Part shown: positions 45,970-53,829 of the stretch, piece after piece
Position numbering within the stretch: position 1 is the first letter of the stretch
Layout: every line of letters begins with the position of its first letter
NCBI GenBank assembly: GCA_963773955.1
Contig: CAVZDM010000026.1
Location: 6,750 to 70,749 of the forward strand
Length of the DNA stretch: 64,000 bases
Reading direction: 5' to 3'
Origin: an uncultured Acidobacteriaceae bacterium
GTDB taxonomy: Bacteria > Acidobacteriota > Terriglobia > Terriglobales > Acidobacteriaceae
Notes under the pieces: generated by a model
What the model was told of the DNA's origin: nothing
The model's database searches: none
Seen by the model: the letters and a program-made list of their open reading frames with translations, nothing else
Translations under genes and position numbers: made by a program

Positions 45970-46398
45970 ATGGCTTATTCAGAAAAGGTCCTCGACCATT
46001 ACAACAATCCGCGCAACGTCGGTAGCTTCGACAAGAACGCCTCCGATGTCGGCACAGGAATCGTAGGCGCACCGGAATGCGGCGACGTGATGAAGCTGCA
46101 ACTGAAGATCGACGACCTCGGCGTCATCCAGGACGCCAAGTTCAAGACCTTCGGATGCGGTAGCGCCATCGCCAGCTCCAGCTACGTCACCGAACTGGTC
46201 AAGGGCAAGCACATCGACGAAGCGATGACGATCAAAAACACCGTCATCGTCAAGGAATTGAATCTGCCACCGGTGAAGATCCATTGCTCGGTGCTGGCGG
46301 AAGATGCGATCAAGGCTGCGATCACCGATTGGCGCAAGCGCAAGGGCGCTCCGGAAACGGTCGCGGAGCATACGGCTGACAAGGCGCAGGCGAAGTAA
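45970..46398 (+). CDS. iscU: Fe-S cluster scaffold IscU
   Basis: YSEKVLDHYNNPRNVG, GAPECGDVM, FKTFGCGSAIASSS, LPPVKIHCSVLAEDA. Confidence 0.95.
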   Translation: MAYSEKVLDHYNNPRNVGSFDKNASDVGTGIVGAPECGDVMKLQLKIDDLGVIQDAKFKTFGCGSAIASSSYVTELVKGKHIDEAMTIKNTVIVKELNLPPVKIHCSVLAEDAIKAAITDWRKRKGAPETVAEHTADKAQAK

Positions 46399-46404
46399 AC
46401 CTCG

Positions 46405-46722
46405 ATGCTAACGCTGTCTGAAAACGCGGTCCGCAAAATCAAGACGCTGGTTGCCGAAAAGGGCGACGAGGCCGGGCTGCGCGTAAAAGTGGTCGGCGGC
46501 GGATGCTCCGGGCTGTCGTATCGGATGGAAATCGATTCGGCCAAGGAACGCGACAAGATTTTCGAGCGCGACGGCGCCAAACTTATAGTTGACAAAAAAA
46601 GCTTTTTGTACTTAAACGGGTCAGAGCTGGACTATTCGGAAGAGCTGATGTCGGCTGGCTTCAAGCTGGTCAATCCGAATGTGAAGCGAAGTTGTGGATG
46701 TGGGGAATCGTTCGTGGTTTAG
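46405..46722 (+). CDS. iscA: A-type Fe-S carrier (IscA/HesB)
   Basis: GGGCSG motif and C-terminal CGCGESF. Confidence 0.9.
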   Translation: MLTLSENAVRKIKTLVAEKGDEAGLRVKVVGGGCSGLSYRMEIDSAKERDKIFERDGAKLIVDKKSFLYLNGSELDYSEELMSAGFKLVNPNVKRSCGCGESFVV

Positions 46723-46775
46723 CGGTTCCGTGGTGGCGGGAGAATTCTGCCCTTATAGAAAATAGCAACTCATAA

Positions 46776-47429
46776 ATGATCAAATGCCCGTCATGCGCGC
46801 GGCCGCAGGAGCCGCGCTTGATCTGCGATCACTGTGGCGCTCCGCTCCCGGTCCCCGCTGATCTCGATTGCTTCAGCGCGCTCGGAGTTCCGCGCAAGTT
46901 GACCATCGATGTGTCTGCGCTCGAAACCGCCTATCATGACTTGGGGCGCAAGATTCATCCCGACCGCTTTGCCTCCAGTGCTCCCAACCTCCGCACGCTA
47001 AGTCTCTCGGGTACAGCACTCCTCACTCGTAGCTACCGCACCCTGCGCGACCCGATATCGCGCGGACTCTACTGGCTCGAGCTCAATGGCGAAAAATTAG
47101 CGGAGAACAACAAGAACATTCCGCCTGAGCTGGCTGAAACAGTTTTCGAAGTTCAGGAGCAACTCGCCGATTTGCGCGGCGCCAGCGGAGACGCAGCAAG
47201 CGAGCTGCGCAGTGAAATCGAGAAGCGCCGCGCCGAGCTTTCTTCGACGATGGATGATCTGAACGCGCAACTGGACCGCAACTTTTCGCGATGGGATGCG
47301 TCTCCCAGCAACAGTAACGATAACCAAACCCTAGTAGCAGACCTGAAAACCATTCTATCAACAATCGCGTACTTGCGAACTTTGCTCCGCGATATCGATC
47401 GCGGATTGGAAACCTTGAGAGCGGCGTAA
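46776..47429 (+). CDS. hscB: Co-chaperone HscB with an N-terminal CxxC...CxxC zinc-finger extension
   Basis: J-domain HPD (KIHPDRF) and a C-terminal helical domain. Positioned between iscA and hscA. Confidence 0.85.
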   Translation: MIKCPSCARPQEPRLICDHCGAPLPVPADLDCFSALGVPRKLTIDVSALETAYHDLGRKIHPDRFASSAPNLRTLSLSGTALLTRSYRTLRDPISRGLYWLELNGEKLAENNKNIPPELAETVFEVQEQLADLRGASGDAASELRSEIEKRRAELSSTMDDLNAQLDRNFSRWDASPSNSNDNQTLVADLKTILSTIAYLRTLLRDIDRGLETLRAA

Positions 47430-47442
47430 CGTCTTATTACCG

Positions 47443-49311
47443 ATGGCGCGCATTTTCGGCATAGATCTTGGCACTACCAACAGCCTCATCGCCGTGATGG
47501 ATGGTGAAGCTGCGCGTGTCGTTGCGGATGCCAGAACCGGCGCGACGATTCTACCGTCGGTCGTGGCGATCGCACCCGATGGCGCGGTCTACGTTGGCGA
47601 CCATGCCATTGCCGTCGAGCCGCGACTCGCGCTGAAGAACGACGGCGTCATTCATGCTACCGGCTTTGCGGGCGGCGAGATGGGTGCGGTGATTCGTTCC
47701 GTCAAGCGCTACATGGGGCTCGGCAGCAACGAGATCGCGCCAGAAGATCAGGCTCGCTATGCGTTCGCCGATCTGACCGGCCCGGTCGCGCGCTTCCAGG
47801 TGGGCACGCGCAGCTACACGCCCTCGCAAATTTCCGCGGAGATTTTGCGCGCGCTCAAGGAACGCGCCGAGGCGGCGCTCCCCGGCGAAAACGTCGAACG
47901 CGTCGTCATCACGGTGCCCGCCTACTTCAATGACGGACAGCGCCAGGCGACCAAGGATGCGGGACGTCTCGCCGGCCTCGAAGTCGTGCGTCTCGTGAAT
48001 GAGCCGACTGCCGCTTCGCTCGCGTATGGATTGCAGAAACTCGCCGAGGGACGCGTCGCGGTTTATGACTTCGGCGGCGGCACTTTCGATATCTCCATCC
48101 TCAACGTGAAGGGCGGGGTGTTCGAGGTTCTTTCGACCAACGGTGATACGCATCTGGGCGGCGACGACATCGATGCGGCGATTGTGAACTGGTTTCTCGC
48201 CGATCTGCCCGAGAGCATCCGGGTCGAACGCCATATCTGGAACAGCGCGCGCCACCTCGCCGAGGACGCCAAGAAAAAACTTAGCGCGTCGGATCAAGCC
48301 GAACTTATTCTCGAAATTCCTCCCGACTTGCACATACGCGAGAAGCTTACCCGCACGCATCTCGAAGCGCTTGCGAAGCCGTTTGTCGATCGCACTCTCG
48401 AGCGATGCCGCCTCGCGCTCAAGGACGCGAAGCTCGAGGTCTCGCAAATCGATGCGGTGGTGCTGGTCGGCGGCTCAACGCGGATGCCGATGGTGCGTCG
48501 CGAAGTTGCGAAGATGTTCCGCGGTGAGCCGCTATGCTCGATCAATCCCGATGAAGTTGTGGCTCTGGGAGCGGCGGTTCAGGCGAGTGTGCTGATGGGC
48601 ACCCAGCGCGACATGCTGCTGCTCGACGTGGTGCCGCTTTCGCTCGGAATCGAGACGATCGGCGGCGTGATGGAAAGACTTATCCACAGGAACACCACCA
48701 TCCCGACCAGCGTCACCGAGATGTTCACCACTGCGGTGGACAATCAAACTCACGTAGATGTCCATGTTTTACAGGGCGAACGCGAGATGGCGAAGGACAC
48801 ACGGAGCCTCGCGCGCTTCAAATTGGGCCCCTTGGAACCTCAAACGGCCGGTTATCCGAAGATCGGGGTCACTTTCCTCATCGATGCAAACGGGATACTT
48901 AATGTGACGGCGCGCGACGAGCGCACCGGCCGCGAGCATTCGGTCGACGTGAAGCCGAGTTATGGGCTGACCGACGACGAAATCGAAAAGATGCTCGAAG
49001 AGGCCATCGATTTGGGTGAGCAGGACCTTGAGGAGCGGCTGCTCATCGTAGCTCGTAATGACGCCCATCAGATACTGGCCGCGCTGCGAAAACAGCTCGA
49101 CGAATGGGGCCATCTGGTGGAGGCAGACGAGCGCGTGGCGATCGACGAGTTGGCGGGGTGGTTGGAGGAGGCGGAAAAGGGTACCGATCGCGAAAAAATC
49201 GCGAAATTAGTCGAAGACCTTAATACGGCGACGACTCCGTTCGCGGAACGGATTATGGATGCCGCTATTAAGCAGGCATTGGAAAAGAAGTCGGTTGAAG
49301 AACTGGCTTAA
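47443..49311 (+). CDS. hscA: Fe-S assembly chaperone HscA (Hsp70 family)
   Basis: GIDLGTTNS, DFGGGTFD, VLVGGSTRMP. Operon context supports the call. Confidence 0.93.
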   Translation: MARIFGIDLGTTNSLIAVMDGEAARVVADARTGATILPSVVAIAPDGAVYVGDHAIAVEPRLALKNDGVIHATGFAGGEMGAVIRSVKRYMGLGSNEIAPEDQARYAFADLTGPVARFQVGTRSYTPSQISAEILRALKERAEAALPGENVERVVITVPAYFNDGQRQATKDAGRLAGLEVVRLVNEPTAASLAYGLQKLAEGRVAVYDFGGGTFDISILNVKGGVFEVLSTNGDTHLGGDDIDAAIVNWFLADLPESIRVERHIWNSARHLAEDAKKKLSASDQAELILEIPPDLHIREKLTRTHLEALAKPFVDRTLERCRLALKDAKLEVSQIDAVVLVGGSTRMPMVRREVAKMFRGEPLCSINPDEVVALGAAVQASVLMGTQRDMLLLDVVPLSLGIETIGGVMERLIHRNTTIPTSVTEMFTTAVDNQTHVDVHVLQGEREMAKDTRSLARFKLGPLEPQTAGYPKIGVTFLIDANGILNVTARDERTGREHSVDVKPSYGLTDDEIEKMLEEAIDLGEQDLEERLLIVARNDAHQILAALRKQLDEWGHLVEADERVAIDELAGWLEEAEKGTDREKIAKLVEDLNTATTPFAERIMDAAIKQALEKKSVEELA

Positions 49312-49337
49312 GGACTTACGTTTAGAGGCAGAGGCCG

Positions 49338-49562
49338 ATGGGACTGAAATGGGATCAGGCGGAAGACATCGCGGAGGTTCTTATCGAGAACCATCCCGGC
49401 CTCGATCCGCTCGATGTCCGCTTCACCGACTTGCGCCAATGGGTAATTGATCTCGACGAATTCGACGACGAACCGTCGGCCAGTACGGAAGGAAAGTTGG
49501 AGGCCATACAGATGGCCTGGAGCGAAATCTATAGGGAGCAATACGGAGACGATTCAGAATAG
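49338..49562 (+). CDS. iscX: Fe-S assembly protein IscX
   Basis: MGLKW...I...L.....DP..VRFTDL..WV.DL.EFDD.P is close to the E. coli IscX/YfhJ pattern as I recall it. Confidence 0.8.
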   Translation: MGLKWDQAEDIAEVLIENHPGLDPLDVRFTDLRQWVIDLDEFDDEPSASTEGKLEAIQMAWSEIYREQYGDDSE

Positions 49563-49666
49563 TTGCCTTGAATATAGGCAGCAGGTTTTGCGTCTCATAG
49601 CTGACCTTTCAGGAGGTGGTGCGGATGGCTGCCAGCGAGACCCTGAGGGCTGACCAGGAAGGTAAA

Positions 49667-50221
49667 ATGGAAAAGGAAACACTAGACGAAAAGTTGCCGG
49701 GGCTCTTTGAGCCCGACACCCTTCTGCCGATTCAGTACTTCGAGGCGATGCGCCGCAAGCATCTGCTTGAGGGCGAGAAGCGCCTGATTTTGAGCGTCCT
49801 TGAAGACGCAGTCGAATGCTTCATGAAGTGCATCGACTCGTCCACCAACAAGGGTCAGCGGCTGTTCCGCGACGCCGATGAGTGGATCAATCTCGAGGAC
49901 AAGCGCTGGGTGTTCTCATTCGACAACGTATGCGACATGCTCGACATCAACGCCGAGTACATGCGCGCCGGACTGCGCCGCTGGAAGGAAAAGAAGCTCA
50001 TCGCGATTGCGCGCCGCAACGAGGACCGCGCACAGCAGCAGGCCTTCGCGGAAGCTCAGGCGTTGTTGCCAGAGGCGGAGCGTCAGCCGATTGCGGTGGC
50101 GGCGCCGGTGCTCGAAGTGAAGCACGTCGCCAAGCCGGCCATCATGCAGGGACGCCGCAAGAGCGAGCCCGCACGGGTGAGCTCGCGCTCGCGGTCGAAA
50201 CTGCGCAAAGCGCGGGCCTAG
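49667..50221 (+). CDS. Hypothetical protein with a basic C-terminal tail
   Basis: ATG 49667 is preceded by AGGAAGG. Translation begins MEKETLDEKLPGLFEPD.... No family recognised. Confidence 0.5.
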   Translation: MEKETLDEKLPGLFEPDTLLPIQYFEAMRRKHLLEGEKRLILSVLEDAVECFMKCIDSSTNKGQRLFRDADEWINLEDKRWVFSFDNVCDMLDINAEYMRAGLRRWKEKKLIAIARRNEDRAQQQAFAEAQALLPEAERQPIAVAAPVLEVKHVAKPAIMQGRRKSEPARVSSRSRSKLRKARA

Positions 50222-50314
50222 CAGCCCCCGCCCGCGAACTCACACTGTAGTTGACTCAATACCATGGGGCAGGATGACCTCCTGCCGCATTGTTCTGCCA
50301 TGCGATACTACTCT

Positions 50315-50333
50315 GTGTAGGATAATCCTACAC
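50315..50333. promoter_or_regulatory. Perfect 19-bp palindrome GTGTAGGATAATCCTACAC
   Basis: Read directly. It abuts the stop codon of the CMD-family gene (50335). A 9-bp arm with a 1-nt centre fits a dimeric protein site better than a hairpin. Confidence 0.4.
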
Positions 50334-50334
50334 A

Positions 50335-50892
50335 CTAGCGGCGCGCGAAGTCGGTCGCCAGTAGATTCACCTTGCCCGCGAAGTCCTCGAGGTCGACCTC
50401 GGTGGTCTCCAGCAGCCGCGCTACCATCCCCCAAAATCCAATCGACAGCACCAGCTCGACGATCTCCGCCGCGCCCATATGCTTCTTCAACTGCGCAACG
50501 GTGGCCGGATTACCTTTTACGTTGCGCGCGACCTCATCGGTGAACTTGATGACGAGGCTCTCGACTTCGTTGAAGCAGGCGGCGCCCGCCGGATTTTCCA
50601 TCGCGGCGACTTGTGCATCAGTGACGCCGACCGATTTCGCAATCGGAACATGCTGGGTCCATTCGTAGACCGAATGACTCACTTTCGCGGTGCGCAGGAT
50701 CGCGATCTCGCGCAGCTTCGCATCGAGTTTGCCCCGCGTCATCAGCGAATTACCCATCATCGAGAATGGATAGAACGCGGCGTCCGAGTTGGCGATCATC
50801 CGCGCGACGTTGAGTTTGACCTTGCCACGATTGAGAATCTCGCGAGTCTTTTCCGGAGCCTTGCTCTCGTCGGCATAAGGTAGCAGCGCCAT
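50335..50892 (-). CDS. Carboxymuconolactone decarboxylase-family (AhpD-like) protein
   Basis: ...REIAILRTAKVSHSVYEWTQHV.IAKSVG... is a typical CMD-domain pattern (E-W-x-x-H). Confidence 0.8.
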   Translation of the reverse strand: MALLPYADESKAPEKTREILNRGKVKLNVARMIANSDAAFYPFSMMGNSLMTRGKLDAKLREIAILRTAKVSHSVYEWTQHVPIAKSVGVTDAQVAAMENPAGAACFNEVESLVIKFTDEVARNVKGNPATVAQLKKHMGAAEIVELVLSIGFWGMVARLLETTEVDLEDFAGKVNLLATDFARR

Positions 50893-50969
50893 TGGCGTTT
50901 CCTCCTGGGATCAGTGATGAGTCGATCGCGACGCTAGTACCGCTGAATGCGGTCTGCAAATGCCACGGA

Positions 50970-51686
50970 TTAGTGCGAGGCGGCGTCGCGCGGCGGAGCC
51001 TGCAACGCCACGCGGGAAGGAAAGACCGCGCGGAATTTTGGATCCACCAGCAGCGCTCCGATGGCGCGCGACAGCGCGACCGAGAGCGATTCGGCGGGTT
51101 CGGTTTCGAGCGGGAAGAAAACCTCGGCTCCCACCGGCTTCGGCGGTTCATCCTCAACGCCGGTAACTTCGTTTTCGTATAGCACCGAGCCGTCGCGACG
51201 TTGCAGCTTATACTTCAGCTTCAAGCGCGAGGTCATGGTGAAGTATTGGCCGTGGATGGTTTGCTGCGCGCCGAAATTTTTCTTGACCTCGAGCTGTTGC
51301 AACTCGCAGGAGAGCATCACATCGATGCCGCTCTTCAAGTCCTTCGGATCAATGCTCGCATCGAGGGCGATCGGCTTTAGTCCCGCATCGGCGAGGCTCG
51401 TCATCAGCGCGCCGTGCACCACCGCGCCCGCATCCGCCACCCGCAAGGTTTTTTCGAGGTGGCCCGATGAATCGTAGATGCCGCCCACTTCATGCGCGCC
51501 CGAGGCGAGATCGCCGCCGACTGGCGCAACTGCGATGCTGGCAGAGGTGAATATCGCGTGGGTTCCGGGAACAAATCCGCTCAGGTAGTGGAGTTTCAGA
51601 ACGTCGCGCCGCGCGCATCCCGCGAGAGCGCCGAGGCTGACGACCGCGAGGATCCACGCCATCCGTCGGCGCGTTTCTCTGCGCAC
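50970..51686 (-). CDS. Lipoprotein, hypothetical
   Basis: Lipobox LGALAGC. Lies 3 nt downstream of the DedA gene, so it is probably in the same operon. Confidence 0.55.
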   Translation of the reverse strand: MRRETRRRMAWILAVVSLGALAGCARRDVLKLHYLSGFVPGTHAIFTSASIAVAPVGGDLASGAHEVGGIYDSSGHLEKTLRVADAGAVVHGALMTSLADAGLKPIALDASIDPKDLKSGIDVMLSCELQQLEVKKNFGAQQTIHGQYFTMTSRLKLKYKLQRRDGSVLYENEVTGVEDEPPKPVGAEVFFPLETEPAESLSVALSRAIGALLVDPKFRAVFPSRVALQAPPRDAASH

Positions 51687-51689
51687 AGT

Positions 51690-52325
51690 TCAGGGATCGG
51701 GGCGTGCCGAGGCAGCCGGGCTCCGATCGCGCCACCAAAAAAACCACAACAACAGACAAATGAGCATCGCTACCAGCGCGATCCATCGCTGCGCGTGATG
51801 CGCGTACTCTGTCACTCGATACACCTCGTCGCCGACCAGGTATCCGATCGTGACCACCAGCGTGGACCAGACGATGGCGCCGAGCAGGTTCCATCCGAGG
51901 AAGCGCAGAAACGGCATCCCGGCCGCGCCCGCCATCGGGCCCGCCATGAAGCGCACGCCGGCGATGAAACGCGCCATGAAGACGGCCTTGCTGCCGTGGG
52001 TGCTAAAGAACATCCGCAGCCGCTCGTAGCGATGGGTGAAGCTGGAGGATCGCGAGGCGAGCCGCGCGATGATGCGTTGCCCGCCATGACGCCCGATGAA
52101 GAAGCCGCAGCAATCGCCGGTGACCGCGCTCAGCACGCAAACCAAGTAGACGAACCTGAGATCCAGAATCGAGCGGCCCGCCATGAAGCCCGCCACCAGC
52201 ATGACGCTTTCCTCCGGCACCGGGATTCCCAGGTTGCCGATGAACACGCAGACGAAGATGCCGAGATAGCCCCAGGTTTTGAGCCATTCGACAAGGTTCG
52301 CGGGGTTGACAACCCCGTGTATCAA
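51690..52325 (-). CDS. DedA-family membrane protein
   Basis: WGYLGIFVCVFIGNLGIPVPEE..., GFFIGR.GG, ...FMARFI.GVRF...AG... is the SNARE-associated/DedA pattern. Confidence 0.85.
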   Translation of the reverse strand: MIHGVVNPANLVEWLKTWGYLGIFVCVFIGNLGIPVPEESVMLVAGFMAGRSILDLRFVYLVCVLSAVTGDCCGFFIGRHGGQRIIARLASRSSSFTHRYERLRMFFSTHGSKAVFMARFIAGVRFMAGPMAGAAGMPFLRFLGWNLLGAIVWSTLVVTIGYLVGDEVYRVTEYAHHAQRWIALVAMLICLLLWFFWWRDRSPAASARPDP

Positions 52326-52410
52326 GATCGCCCGCCGACGCCGCTCATGCCTCTCGTGGTCCCCTCAAATTAGCTTGCTCCAATGGGCCGATCGAAGCGA
52401 TATGGTGATT

Positions 52411-53811
52411 TCAGGCAAGGCCCCAGATCCGTACATACACCACGCCGTAGGTGATGAAGATGATCGAGGTGACGATGAGAATCTTCGTCAGGCGATCCGT
52501 ACGCCGCATCCCCATCGCCATCAGGACCAGCAGGAAGGGAAATACCTGCAGGTAGTGACGCGTCCCGAACTGCGCGAATCCGTTCGCATAGCACAGAAGG
52601 CTCGGAATGGAAATCAGGAACGCCGTCACCAGCATCAGCAGCGCCTCGATTCGCGCGAGGTTGGCCTTGAACGCGAGGATAAACGCGGGACTGGTAAAAA
52701 CCAAAGACAGGCCGGCGAAGTTAGGATGGAAGTAGGGAAAGTCGTCATTGATATAGGGCACCATGAAGAAAAGCGTGTTGATGTTTCCGATCAGGTAGCG
52801 CAGTCCGAACGCCCCCTCTTTGGGGCCGGTCAGCACTACACCCTGATCGAAGAAGCTTCCGAAGCGCGCCTCGTTCAGTCCGACGAAGACCACCCCGACC
52901 GCCGCGAACCCCGGAATCATCAGGAACAGGTCGCGAATCCTGCGTCCCCGCATCAACGCAAGGATGGCGTATGTCGCGCCCGCCAGCGCGAGCTCGTAGC
53001 GCGAAAGCGCGGCGAGCCCTGCGAAGATGCCGAGGCGAAGCGGCCTCGCGGGACCGAAGGCCTCTTCGAGCGCCGCGAGGGTGAACATGAGGGAGCAGGT
53101 TTCCGGCATCGACCAGGTGTTACCGTAAATCGTTTCCGACCACAGGATGGTTCCGGCGCCAAAAAATAGCGTGAGCCAGACGCGGGCGCTCAGCGTGAGG
53201 CGAAACCTGCCGAGCAAGCGCCACGCCAGCGCGGCATCGATTGCGCCGATGAAAAGCGACCACATCGTCTGATTGACGTCCATCCCCCAGATCGCCGCGA
53301 ATGGCATCATCAGGATTGCGGCGAGCGGCGGATGAAGCGCGTAGCGATAGGGTCCTATCTGTGCGGCTTCCAGGAAGCTCTGAGGTGCATCGATGTAGGT
53401 ATGCCCATGCAGAAACGCAACCGCCTGACGCACCTGCTCATTGTAGTAGGTGCCCGGAAAACTGCTCACCGCGTACAGCGCGAGGAAGCCCGCGAATACG
53501 GTCCAGCCGAACCATCTCTCCAGCACCGCGGCGTTCCTGGCAAGCCGCTTATCCAGGGCGGCACGGCACACCAGCAGTCCCCATGCAATCGCGCCTGCGG
53601 TAAGCGTCGGCCAAATCGGAAATTCTTTGTGCCATTGGAGATAGAGCGCGTCGATCAGGACGATCACGACCGCGAAAGTGCAAAAGCCCTCCCCGACTCT
53701 GAGCAGCTGCGATGCGCGAGGCGACGGCGTGTCGGGCGCGGATCCGCGTTCGAGAGATTGCTGCCCAACCTCCAGCTCGGCTGAGACGGTTTCACCAGGC
53801 ATCTGAGGCAT
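52411..53811 (-). CDS. Polytopic membrane protein, GT-C-fold glycosyltransferase-like (ArnT/PMT_2-like)
   Basis: More than 10 predicted TM segments. Periplasmic-loop pattern ...Y.DAPQSFLE...HPPL... and C-terminal ...QFGTRHYL.. resemble ArnT/PMT-family enzymes. Recall-based call. Confidence 0.5.
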   Translation of the reverse strand: MPQMPGETVSAELEVGQQSLERGSAPDTPSPRASQLLRVGEGFCTFAVVIVLIDALYLQWHKEFPIWPTLTAGAIAWGLLVCRAALDKRLARNAAVLERWFGWTVFAGFLALYAVSSFPGTYYNEQVRQAVAFLHGHTYIDAPQSFLEAAQIGPYRYALHPPLAAILMMPFAAIWGMDVNQTMWSLFIGAIDAALAWRLLGRFRLTLSARVWLTLFFGAGTILWSETIYGNTWSMPETCSLMFTLAALEEAFGPARPLRLGIFAGLAALSRYELALAGATYAILALMRGRRIRDLFLMIPGFAAVGVVFVGLNEARFGSFFDQGVVLTGPKEGAFGLRYLIGNINTLFFMVPYINDDFPYFHPNFAGLSLVFTSPAFILAFKANLARIEALLMLVTAFLISIPSLLCYANGFAQFGTRHYLQVFPFLLVLMAMGMRRTDRLTKILIVTSIIFITYGVVYVRIWGLA

Positions 53812-53829
53812 ATTGGCGATTGTGAGGAA

